A stretch of 64,000 nt of DNA from Gekko japonicus. Its lineage: Eukaryota. The notes beneath the pieces are model-generated. The model did not search any database. It saw only the letters and a program-made list of their open reading frames with translations, and was not told where the DNA came from. The position numbers were made by a program, and so were the translations under genes. Within the stretch, counting starts at the first letter, position 1; each line of letters begins with the position of its first letter. The stretch lies in assembly GCF_001447785.1 (NCBI RefSeq), contig NW_015166455.1, positions 17,286 to 81,285 of the forward strand. Reading direction: 5' to 3'. Of the stretch, positions 37,153-49,446 are shown in pieces.

Positions 37153-37579
37153 AAAGGGTGTGGTGGGGGGATTGCTTGGGGAGAATATTTAGTCAGGGGC
37201 CAGGGGGCTCTGCTGTCCCCTGGTCCTCTGTGTTATGTTCCCAGTTTGTTCCTGTTTATTTGATTGCAGCACAGGGTGGGAAAACTGGGACTGAATTCCT
37301 GTTTCTTACATCAAGTGTTTTTGCATTGCAGGAGAGTCTCCTGCTGCCTGCTTTCTTGGTGGTTTCTCTTCCTTTCCCCCCTCATTTTATACCCTCCTCA
37401 TTTGAACTTCAGTGGAGGGATTCTTTTGGGGGGATTATTTTGAGAGGGCTTCAACTTAGTTCTACTTAGTTCTCCCCTCTCCCCCCCCCCCCCCCCCACA
37501 CTGGGCTGCCATTTGTTTTGGGGCTACCTCTGTTTGTCATTTCCTGGGTGCCTCACTTTGCTGCTCTCTACTTGAAATC

Positions 37580-37668
37580 TTCAGAGGATGGCGGAAGACA
37601 GGAAGGCCTGGTGGGATTTGGTCCATGGGGTTGCGAAGAGTCGGACTCAACTGTGCGACTGAACAACA
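37580..37668 (+). mobile_element. Bov-B extreme 3' end (89 bp)
   Basis: Matches 37058-37150; TSD ACTTGAAATC. Confidence 0.9.
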
Positions 37669-40600
37669 ACTTGAAATCCTCCTAGTTACCTGTTTTTATT
37701 TTGGGGGGGGGGGGGATCTGTGTTTTCAAGCCTGCCTCCCTGCACCCAGCCTGCCTTTGGAGACTGTGTGTGCAGAGTCACTGGGGTACCTTCCCTTTAC
37801 TTCCAGCTTTCCATTTCAAACCTCCCCCCATCTACTTCTATTTTGTGGGTTAACTTAGTGTCCAGAGGTACTGGGGTGATTTGACTGCCAATTCCACATT
37901 TCAAACCCCACTGACTGTGTCCAGAACTGCTGGGGTGACTTCCCTGTACTCCCACCTCTCCATTTCAAGCTTCCCTTATCTGCTTCTATTTGGGGTGCCA
38001 GCTGTGAGTCAACATCTCCTGGGGTGAACATTGCTGCCAGCCATCCTTTTCAATGCCTCAGTGGGAGCGAATTTTTCACACCTGCCCTGTCCTACACCTG
38101 TCTGTCTGCCACCACTAGGCAGACAGACCCAGCCATTGGGTTCCTCACTTGAGGGCCCATATTCAGATATGCACTCCCCTGAGTTGGCAGTGAATTCTTC
38201 ACACCTGTCCCCTACTGGGGCGGTGTCTGGTGGGGTCAGGGCTCTGACCCACACCTGTCTGTCTGCCACAGCTCGGCAGACAGACCAAACTACTGGGTTC
38301 CTCGCCTGAGGGCCCATATTTCTTTATACACTCCTTCTAGTTGGGAGTGATTTTTTTTTTGCCACTGTCACTCATTGAGAGGGGGTGGGCCCAGGCAGTC
38401 TCTACCACCCACAAGAGAGCCAGTTTGGTGCAGTGGTAAAGAGTGGCAAAGTCTAGTCTGGAGAACTGGGTTTGATTCCCCAATCCTCTGCATTAAGCCA
38501 GCAGGGCAATTTAGGGCCACTCATAGCTCTTTCTGAGTTCTCTCAGACCCTCCAACTTCAATGGTGGTCTGTTGTGGGGAGAGGCAGGGAAGACTCCTTC
38601 TGTTAGTAAGGGGAGTGTTGGTATAAAACCAACTGTTCTTCTGCTGCTGCTGCTTCTGCTTCTGCTTCTTCCCTATCACAGGTGCAGTGTTCAGACAGGC
38701 TGGCCTGTTCCCTTCCTGACATGGTCTGCAGAGTGCCATGGTTATTTAGAAGACACATCTGGACTGTTGCTTTCCTGACCCTGTGTGCACCTGATCCTGG
38801 TCTGCCACCTGTTTTCCCTTCCCATTCCCATTGTTCACCTTGCCAATGATGGAAGGGTGGGCCTGGGGAGGTGCAATGACCCATAACTATGTGGGTGGCT
38901 CCCAAGACCCAGGCAGGTTGGGAGGACTGGTCCCATGCAGTTACCAGATTGCCAGCATGTGAACTTGGCCTGTTCAGAAAACAATGGTTTGTGAACCCAA
39001 ACGAGACGAAACTGGTTTGTGCCCATCCCTAGCAATAAATACCTGGGGTGGGGGGTGATAAGGGACAATGATGGTACTTCAAAAGGTATACCCCAGTGTT
39101 GTAGTGCCAGGGTCTTCAGCCCATCTTCAATCCTTGGGTCAGGATCCTTAGGTCAGTTGTGAAGCAGCACCTGCTGGGCCATAAGCCTCTATGAAGCCAC
39201 CATTTTGTTCGCTGTTTGGAAGGATCTGCTGTTCCTGTACATACATAGAGGAAAGGACATCACATCTCCTGCCACTCTGAGAGAAGCAGAGCTGTGATGT
39301 AGGACTGATTCATTTCCATCCCTCAAATAAATTGCATAGTACAGGTCAATTTCCTCAATCCTGAACATTTCTTTCAAGTAATGCAGGGATCAGGGAGGCT
39401 GTTTTCTATACTGATGTGCTATTGTAATATATCACTGCAGCACTCTGGTTACATAACACAAAACTGAATCTATAAATTTCTAGAGACTTCATTCAAGTAA
39501 ATTTATGCTTACATCTATCTTGCTTGTGGCTTTTCTGTATCACTTCTGAATGCACAGAATTATTTTCTTAGTGACTTGGTAGAAACTCCTGGCTTTTTAA
39601 ATAAAAGATTTCAGTTCTTATTAAAAATCTTCTGAGTGAACACTGATAAATGTTGAGAGCTACTGTGGGCTTTGTGAGGATAAACTGCAGGAGGGGAAGA
39701 GTGGGATTAAAAGGGGGTAGATGGATAGATGCATCAAGGAGTAGGCAGACTGAACTGGATTCACTCTTCTGTTTCTGGAGCAAGCACTGCAGGCAATTGA
39801 AGCCCTTTCTTGATGTTCCAAAGAGACTTCATGAACTTTGGAGTAAGACCATAGTGGCAAGTTCTGTTGACAACCTATTCAGTGTTCGTGGAAACATCTG
39901 TGCAGAGCATATACGTGTAGGGCTTTCCCTGCAGGCTCCAGAATGCTGGAAAAGGCAGGGTTCTCGATTATGCAGCAAGCTAAAGACACTTAGCCTTTAT
40001 ACAGGACCTCCAGTGAATCCACATAGGTTGGGAGTAAGCTTGCTGGTGTGTTCCTACTTCTTCCTTTTTGCAAATGTATTAACCTCCACTGCCAGATGTC
40101 TGAAAAAGCCTTTCTGTTACAGGTATACTATTTAAGCAATTAAAGATACAGTGAGTGCTGGTGCAGTGCCGTGGTGAAGAGTCTGAGCCACAATGTCCTT
40201 GGTGCCAATGCCACTTTAGGCACCTAAGGCAAGCCACCATTTTCTTATCCTCAGCTCCACCTCATCTGCAATAGAATAATAATGCAGCTACCTTCCAGAA
40301 ACATAGGTATAGCATCAGCAGAGCATGACAGTGTCTTTGTGCCACCAGTTTTGCAGAAACTTCATGGCCGGCCCCATAAACCATGTTCTGCCTCTTTGTT
40401 TTTGACGGGCTGTTGCTGGCCTTGCCCATCAGGTAGAAATGAATGAACAACCCAAACCAAGCTATAGTATTCCTATCTTTATGCTTGTTTTCATACTCTG
40501 CATCCAAACTTGGCCCTCACCTCAAGGTCAAGTCTCATTGGTGATAGCATGGGCACCGTTTTTTTATTTTTCAGTCACAGTGCAGGAGGTGTTCTGGTGC

Positions 40601-42027
40601 ACATGGCCTTAAGCAATCAGCCTACCTCCATACACAGGAGCTGCTGTTGTACTTTAAACCCTTTCATTTACTTTATAAATAATAAACACTACTATTAATT
40701 GCTGTACTGGCTGCTCCAGATAGAATATTGAATGGAAAACTGATGGAATGTTGAATGGAAGCCATGTTGTACTTCTCAGTTTACTAGAGTGGTCGGTCAC
40801 CTGCTTCCATTCCAAATACTCATTTACAGTAATTAAGACATCTATGGTTGTTTGGAAACAAATGGAATTGCAGAGAATATTGAATTCTTAAAAAACAGGA
40901 CAAAGTTTAATTAGGGCTTTAAAAAGCCAGAATGATTCTCTTGCATAGGTCTCCAGACTATCAATAATTGTAAAGAAGCAAAATTTAATATGATTTCTTT
41001 ATACAGGCAGCATGAACTACATGCCCTTGTAAAAGCAATTACTTAATAAACAATGCTTCTGCAGAATGGTATAATGTACACAAATTGTTTAAATCATGAC
41101 AGCGAGGTGCAAAAGGAATGTGGAAAAAGAAATATGTTGGGGGGGAATTGAGTGAATAAAGTCATACACAACCTTAACAAAACAGCACTATAAGAGCACC
41201 GGCATGGCTGTAAAACCATGTGCAATTCTCAGGTTCTCTGCACATACACTTAACTTGTGCGATGTTCCCTCTCCTACCTTTTTTGAAGAGAAAGGATCAT
41301 GTAAACCAGTCTACGCACATACAACCTATGCTAGGATCTGAGCTGCACAATATTGTCTGCACTTCTGAGGCAGGATGTACCCACTCACTCCCAAGCTGCA
41401 CATGGGAGAATTCTAAGCTGGAGGAGAAACGTTCCTTCTGCTACTACTTTGTATGCACTGGAGCTAGGCCTCTGATCTCAAATGACAGAAGCCCAGTCTA
41501 CACATGAAGCAGAATGAACCGTACCAGTTCAGACTGTACCACTTCAGACCTTAAATGGTATGTCACATTTTTATTGTTCCCTCAATATAAAAAAAGATCC
41601 CTACAAGTTTAAGTTAGCCTTTATTGGCATAAAAAGATCCCTACAAATAAAAAAAATAGGGCATCGGACAGAGATGTTCTAGCTTTGCCCTTTGACTGCT
41701 GTGTTAATTTCCCACTTAATAATTTCTCACTTCTCAACTGCGGTCTGAAGTTGCACAGCTAAGGTTGCCAGTATACCTGGAATAGTGGGAGGCCTCCTGC
41801 TGCCACCCCCTGCCCCCTCTACTGTTTGAATGAGCAGTGGGAGGAAAATGGGGGGGGGGGTTGAGGTTGATCAGCATTGTGATCTTTCATCTGGAGATGA
41901 TGTCACGACATCAACTGATGCTTCCTCTCCTTGTACCTCACCGCCAAAATCTCCCAGGCATTGAGGATAGAGGGCTGGCAACCCTAAGTACAGCCCATTC
42001 TATCATTTCAGAACTCTGTCACCTCAA

Positions 42028-42671
42028 TCTATATATCTAATACCCAAGTCGCCCCGTCTGTGCGGATCGCTAAATCCGCGCTCCGGGGCGACCTGGGGGG
42101 CAGGGAGATTTTTGGGCACACGTGGGGAGGTCCCCACGTGTGCACAAAAATGCTAAACCTTGGAAAAAAATTCGGGGGGATGTTTAAATCCCCCCGAAAC
42201 TCACAGAGCGTCCCCTGCGCACGCGCAGGGAACTCTCTGCGAACGCCGCCGCCGCCGTTTGAAAGGCGAGCGGCGAGCAAGGAGGGGGGCCCTCGCTTTG
42301 GAGCGAGGGGGGGAGAGAGCAGCGAGGCCTCACTTTGGAGGGGGGGGAAAGGGTAGAGATTTACCTCCTCCACAGTGAGCAGCGGCTCCTCCTGAAGCAA
42401 CAAGAAGTTCTGGAGCCGGCCTCGCCGCGGGCGGGCAGGCGAAGACCGGCCTCGCCGCCGCCTCGGTGCCGGGCGAGAGGGCAGACCGNNNNNNNNNNNG
42501 AGCCGGGCGGGGGGGAGGACCAGCCTCGCCGCGGCCGCCTCCGCCTCGGAGTCGGGCGGGGGGGAAGACCGGCCTTGCCGCTGCTGCCGCCGCGGGGAGA
42601 TCGAGCGGGGGGGGGGTTGGAGGAGACGGAGCTCTTCTCCCCCACCCAAGTATTGTGGGTCCCCTTACTTG
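42028..42671 (+). mobile_element. Candidate non-autonomous Helitron, GC/CpG-rich
   Basis: A|TC 5' end; 3' hairpin ACCCA-agtattg-TGGGT, then CTTG|T; no TSD or TIR. Confidence 0.6.
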
Positions 42672-43031
42672 TTACTCCTAATTTTGATTCCTGTCCAGAC
42701 CAGACCTAAGCAGTGGCTGGCTGACTTATTTCCTGACATTTCCTGTTTTCCATCTCACTCTCCTATTGTAGGTTTGTTCGAATTATTTATTCCATCCATC
42801 ATTTCAAAATATTGAAGGGAGAGAAGGCAGGAAATAGCACATCTGTCTATTTAAGACCTACTGGCTCCTCTCCTACCCCTGCTCAGGAAGGTTTGATGCA
42901 TTTCTCCACCCCAAGGAGCCTTCCACCAGCAGAAGTGACTCTTCTGAACAGGGCAGTAGGATATAACAAGCTTTGTCAAAACTGAACAACTCTCAAAGCA
43001 ATATCTCTCTCAAAGCAACTCTCAAAGCAAA

Positions 43032-43795
43032 ACATGATAGAGGTTTACTGTAAAGTACTGGGTTCGCCGCATGGAGGACTCGGACGACGACATGCTTTTG
43101 CACACGTTTATTGTACTTCACTCCAACTAAGACTAACTCTTAACGGCCTGACAGGGCCAACTATATACATATCCACCCAGCACCCCCTATTCCCATTGGA
43201 GGGTTTGAATGTCCCACCAAGTGGCTATTGGTTGGGGCTGGGGGAAACCAGGATCCAAAGTTTCCTTTGTTCCAGGAGCCAAGCTCCTGCATGTGCCACA
43301 GACCCCTGGTGGCGGTCCACGTACATAACATTTACAAAATTATGCATGGGATAGAGAAGGTAGAGAAAGATGTACTCTTCTCCCTTTCTCACAATGCAAG
43401 AACTTGTGGGCAATCTATGAATTTAAGGAGCAGTAGGTTTAAAACAGATAAAAGGAAGTACTTCTTCACCCAAAGAGTAATTAACACATGGAATTCAGTG
43501 CCGCAGGAAGTGGTGGCAGCTACAAGCATAGACAGCTTCAAGAGGGGATTGGATAAACATATGGAGCATAGGTCCATCAGTGGCTATTAGCCGCAAGGTA
43601 TAGATGGAACACTCTGTCTGGGGCAGTGTTGCTCTGTATTGTTGGTGCTTGGGGGACAACAGTGGGAGAGCTTCTGGAGTTCTGGCCACGCTGGTGGACC
43701 TGATGGCAACTGGTTTTTGGCCACTGTGTAACACAGAGCATTGGATTGGATGGGCCATTGGCTTGATGCAACATGGCTTCTTTTATGTTCTTATA
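43032..43795 (+). mobile_element. CR1 LINE 3' end interrupted by a solo LTR
   Basis: MIEVY|KIMHG...RKYFFTQRVINTWNSVP..SFKRGLD; TTATGTTCTTAT tail. Confidence 0.9.
43049..43330 (-). mobile_element. Solo LTR (282 bp)
   Basis: TGTAAAGTAC...GTACATAACA ends; 5-bp TSD TTTAC; removing it restores the CR1 reading frame. Confidence 0.88.
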
Positions 43796-45851
43796 TTCTT
43801 CTTTGCACCTCAGATGGCAAAACTGCATGTTTTTAAAAGGTGGTCCTGTATGGCTAATCCGTAATTCTCAGATGTGCACTGTGAAAAGGAAAGAATATAA
43901 ATAAGAACAATTTTGCCCCTCAGCAGTCTCTTGTGTGGGCCACTGTTAGTTCCAAAGACTTCACACAAATCTAATCCATCAATCAATTTCAAGGAATTGG
44001 TTTTCAAGAGCCACAGGTTAAACAAAAATTCCAGCTGTACAGAACCTTAATTGTACCGGAACTCACAGGGGTTCTGTCAAAGATGTTGTATTTAAGGAGG
44101 TTGGATTTGAGATTAATTGGAAAAAATATAAACTTTGATAGCTTGATAAGATATAATCTCCCTTAATAAACAGTAATTCGTGCTGTTAGCTTTTTCATCT
44201 TCCTGAAATTCAGACAGGTACAAATCTTGCTGCAATCTGAATCAGGAGTACTTGTTAAATATATCATTCCAACCTTACAATTCCCCCTCCAGAATATGAA
44301 CAAAAATTCTACCATTGATTTGAATATTAGAGAAATTTAGAGCAGCCCTTCATCAACAAACAGTCTTACAAATGCAGTATACTTCCAGATCAGCAAGGCA
44401 TTGTTGGTGAATGATGGCATAAATCATATTAGAAGGTACAAAGGCAAATGAGCCCTTGATAGTACTGTTGTTGCTTGGTCATGTGTGACAGGGAAAGTGG
44501 CCAAATTAACCCTAAATTGGGATCGATGGGAAAGGGATCCAATTGAACAGACCAGTGGTTGAAATTAATTCCTTTAGTCAGTGCACTGTGCATCATTGCA
44601 TAGCACCTATGTCTAACAGAATATGAGGGCAACTGCAACAAACTCCAAAAGGCAAGGTTTTTCATAGTATTCAGTTACATAGTATTCAGTTACATCACAT
44701 TCTGCAGCAAAAATCCCCCAATCATAATAAGACAACTCAATACTGCAGCATTTCTGAACCAATTGCCGCTAAATTTGCAAACTTGTTAAACTCCTTACTG
44801 ATGCTACTTTCAAGAATACCATTAACTTTTACTTATTTTGTGCTAATAGTGTACTCGTAGAACCAGTTACACTTCCCTCTGCCAGAAATGTCCATACAAT
44901 AAACTGCTCAATTCTCAGTATTTTACCATTCTCCTTCAAGTGATATAGAGCCAGCACTGACACTGGAGTTTGTTACAAAGGCTTGTTCCTAGAGTTTGCA
45001 TCTCTGGTAGCCCATTTTTTAAGATGAATAAGCTGCTTCAGGCAGAGGGCCTCTTTTGTAAGTAGTGACACGTCTGCCACTCTAGTCTTATGAGGAGAAA
45101 GGATCATTTTCTAGGATGGACTGTAGACCCTGATGATGTCCTGAGGAGATTTTAGCAGAGACCTGTAAATGGCCTCTTCAGCAGATGTCCATCCAATATC
45201 ATTTTTGAAAGAATTCCGGGGGTGGGGGAGTAACTTGTTTTCAGCTCCTCTGAGGGGCCCATCAGAAACAGGGCTTGCAAAATAAAAGGCCATTCTTGCT
45301 TCTGATTTGATGCAGCATACAAGGTCTCTCAGGCCTTTCTTGGAATCCAGATGCCAAATCATGTATCCTTTTGCATGTCCTGCAGCGTCATTTTATTTAG
45401 ATGACAAGATTAGGTTTCAAAGGCCACAATCCCCAACTCTCATTGGCCTTTTGGATACTGGCCCATACAGATTACCAAAAGCAGACTTTATTTACAGTCT
45501 CAAACAGCAGCCATGACAATAAATTTCCAAGGAAAGAAGTTATTTCTCACAGAACCCAGGATATTCTTCCTCCTCAACTCTTTGCTTTTCCCCCCAGCAG
45601 CTGCAAATGACTCTTTTCAAATGCCCTGATTCCTGAGTCTAGGTTCTTCACCTGAATGCTAATAGCCTTCATCTATTTGAGACTAATTGGTTGTGTCTGA
45701 GATGCCACACACATTCTAAACCTTCTACAATCAGTCAGACCCAGAGAAACCAATGCAAAGCTGCAAACACCAACATAACCTTTATTAATTCTCTACAAAA
45801 TAATTACTTTCCTTGTCATACCCTATGTTATGCCACTATCTATGGTAGCCT

Positions 45852-46012
45852 GGGCAGTTTCACACGTCCTGAATAATGTACTTTCTATCCACTTTCAACG
45901 CACTGTAGCAATCATTTGCAAGTGGGTTTTGCCATTTCAGACAGTAGAACCCAGTTGCAATGTGCATTGAAAGTAGACTGAAAGTGCCTTATTCAGCATG
46001 AATGAAAGGATC
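45852..46012. mobile_element. Short palindromic MITE
   Basis: Arms CTGAATAA..ACTTTC...ACTTTCAA pair with TTGAAAGT...GAAAGT..TTATTCAG. Confidence 0.55.
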
Positions 46013-46872
46013 TGCTTCCCTGAATTTGGGTATTTGTGATTATTTCCATAACCACAGCACCCCTATTGGTGATGGAGAAAACTGTGGGTGAGGGTACCTA
46101 ATTGGATCTTCATGGCTGTTTTCTCGGGGGTAAATAGTCTTCCAAACATGACAGACCCCAAAGAGCTCAAGAGCTCTTAAATCAATTCAAGAGGAAAGCT
46201 AAGGAGTCACACTTTTGTGTTTGTCTGCCTGGGTCTTTGAAACAAGATGATCTCTGCCATAAATGTGACTCTGGGCACTGCAGCCGAATGTTCCAGCACT
46301 GTCTGTCTGCACCCATCTGCCAGCACAAGATAAATAATACAACTGGGGAGTATATTTTAAAAGAATAAGCCTCACAGTTAAGGCCTACCCGAACAATTTT
46401 GTCTAGAGTGCATTAAAAACAGCATGTCTAGTCTGAAACCATGATAATTTTGTTCAATTGTGCTGAATAATTAAACATGCTAAGAGATCGATGCCCTCTG
46501 AAGTATTTTCCATGCACAAACAACTTACATTATGTCGTGTACCTCTGCATCTTATGCGGTGAATAATTTATTGCTCAGTTTTATGGCTTGCACCGTCCCT
46601 ATAACTTGGCTTCTCATAGTTGGGATTTATTGCTTGCAAAACTTTTGGCAAGTGGCATTTGATGTGGTAGTTTAGGCCCCCTTGATCTCAAGGGAACTGC
46701 TTTTCAGCAAAGGGTGCTTTGGTCTGCAGCAGATCACTGAATTCTTTTAGCAGAGCTCATTCTGAGCTTAACTTTGGGAGTGTAAACCACCACTGGTATC
46801 CCACTCTATTCATACTTCGCACATGGCCTCTGTCCAAATTATTGCTAGCTAACAAAACATGATGGTTCTAAG

Positions 46873-47211
46873 CAGAGCTCTTTTTGTAGAAAAAGCCCAG
46901 CAGGAACTCATTAGCATAATAGACCACACCCAACAGCAGGAACTCATTAGCATATTGGGCCACACCCCTGACAGCACAGCTCATTAGCACATTAGGCCGC
47001 ACCCACATGTTACCAGAAGTGTGGTTATCCAGCCACACCCACCTTTTGCTTGTTATTCTGTTTACCTTGTTTGGTGTCAAAACCCAAGGCCTTCTTTTGT
47101 AGCAGGAACTCCTTTGCATGTTAGGCCACACACCCCTAATGTAACCAATCCTAATGAGTTTCTGCTGTTGGGTGTGGCCTATTATGCTAATGAGTTCCTG
47201 CCCAAAAATAG
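46873..47211 (+). mobile_element. hAT MITE (CAGGGC family), internally deleted relative of 59633-60010
   Basis: Colinear with the 59633 copy; lacks the segment between two GTTCCTGC repeats and the final TIR bases. Confidence 0.75.
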
Positions 47212-47715
47212 CATCAAAGTGACCTCAGAGGATGGATTAGCAGTTTTCAAATCTCACTGCACCTTTAGCGACGAGGGATCTTGTGTGCCTCTGCTAGGTT
47301 CGCCACAGTTTGTTATTTTGTATTGAAATTTTGCACCGGGGGAGCACAAAACAACTTTACTTTTATCTATTATAAGGATGGCATATTCTAAAACTGTTAA
47401 TGTTCTGACACATGTCTGCAGTGCTCTACAAATTTGCCCAATCTCTATGCTTTTTACCTGAATGTAGCATTGCCATATCAGCAGTGCCCCCCCTTCTCCA
47501 CATTCCACGCCCCAAAAGCTCCCAGGGGTTGCCAGCCCAGGGCTAGCAATCCTACATATCTATCTTTATGACTTGCTGTGAGGCTTCGTGTGCCCCACTT
47601 CCTTATAAAGGCTTCACAACAACTTTATGGATTATTAACATGTTGATTATGCATCATGCTATATTGTATATTTTCAGGTATGCAAATGAGTTTTCTTATA
47701 CTGGCTCTTGGTTGG

Positions 47716-48061
47716 TAAAGGTAAAGGTTCTCTTGCTCGAAAGCCAGTCGAATCCGACTCTAGGGTTGCGGTGCTCATCTCCGTTTCAAAGCCTAAGAGC
47801 CAGCGCTGTCCGAAGACATTTCCGTGGTCATGCGGCTGGCATGACTAAACACCAAGGCGCACGGAATGCTGTTACCTTCCCACCGAAGTGGTACCTATTT
47901 ATCTACTTGCAATTTCTTGCTTTCGAACTGCTAGGTTGGCAGGAGCTGGAACTAGAGACGGGAGCTCACCCCGTCTTGCGGCACCCGGGTCTCGAACTGC
48001 TGAACTACTGACCTTCCACAGCCTGCAGTTCAGCGTCTTAACCACTTGAGCCACCGCAGCT
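47716..48061 (-). mobile_element. Sauria SINE, full length
   Basis: Head and tail intact; GTTGGTA repeated at both flanks. Confidence 0.92.
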
Positions 48062-49048
48062 TTGTTGGTAGGTTGCTCTTAATTTTGCCATAGTGTGGCT
48101 GTGGCTGTGGCACTGGGGGCAGGAAGAGGTCAAGGTGCCTTTAAGGGTTGCATGAGGGACCACAACTGAGGGCCGTAGGCTGGCGGCCTGGGTATGACCA
48201 GAAGGGCACCATCTAGGAAGAAGATGGCTGTTAGGGGCTGGAGCTGCTTCATCTGGACAGGACATGCCTCTTGTCTGGAGAAGTCATTGATCCCAGCGGG
48301 GAGGGGGGGGGCTCTGCCCAGAACCTGCAGGTTTTGGGCCGAAGCCTGGGGAGGATTTAAGAACAGCCATGGAGAGGTTGGATGGTGCAAGATGAGAGCA
48401 ACATACATGCCTGACAATGTGAGAGGTGAGGACAAGCACGCAGGCTAGGAAAAAGACAAGAGGTGTCCGGGAAAGTGAATGCTGTGAACCTGAATGTAGC
48501 ATTGCCATATCAGCAGTGCCCCCTTCTCCACATTCCCCACCCCAAAAGCTCCCAGGGGTGGGGAGAAAGCCCTGCTAGCTGTAAAAGTTTCTGAATAAAG
48601 AGTTTGTTGCTGCAACCCACACAACATCCATGTCTTCTTCCTGTTGGGGATGGGGAGTCATCTGTGACCAAGCTTGGTGAAGCCATCTGCTCTGGCCTCG
48701 GCAAGCAGTGTGTGGGAATGTGGAACAGAGCCCGAAGACTACAGCGGCCCTTTAATTATAAAAGGCTGCTGACTCCTGCTCTATACCTGTGTCACACTTG
48801 TAGCGTGTAGTCTTCCAGTGGGTTCAGTGATTCTGGATCTTGTGAGAAAGAATGAAATTCAGTTGAGATGTGCTCTGCCTGCTCACCTAGGAGATGTATC
48901 ACTGGACCTGGATTTGCCTTGAATGTGAGACCATTTTGAACCACTCCCAAAGTGAAGATTTGTCTAGGTATTAACAGTGAAAAAGGTGGTTGTATGAATC
49001 TGTTTGTAGTCTGAGGGGTACAGGCTTATTTGATAGTAACAGTGATAT

Positions 49049-49446
49049 AGGAGCTGCGGTGGCTCAAGTGGTTAAGACGCTGAATTGCAGGCTGGAAGGT
49101 CGGTAGTTCAGCAGTTCCGAGACCCAAGTGCCGCATGATGGAGTGAGCTCCCGTCTCTGGTTCCATCTCCTGCCAACCTAGCAGTTCAAAAGCAAGAAAT
49201 TGCAAGTAGATAAACAGCGTTCCGTGTGCCTTTCGAGCAAGGGAACCTTTACCTTTTTAAATAGGTACCAATTCGGCGGGAAGGTAACAATGTTCTGTGC
49301 ACCTCAGCATCTAGTCATGCCGGCCACATGACCACGGAAACGTCTTCGGACAGCGCTGGCTCTTCGGCTTGGAAACGGATATGAGCACCGCAACCCTAGA
49401 GTTGGATTCGACTGGCTTTCGAGCAAGGGAAACCTTTACCCTTACC
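49049..49446 (+). mobile_element. Sauria SINE with an extra internal tail
   Basis: 12-bp TSD TAACAGTGATAT; 43-bp insert at 49215-49257. Confidence 0.9.

Noticed and set aside
39150-39235. Minus-strand terminal-exon candidate EQQILPNSEQNGGFIEAYGPAGAASQLT*
   Set aside because: Plausible acceptor, but no recognisable homology or partner exons
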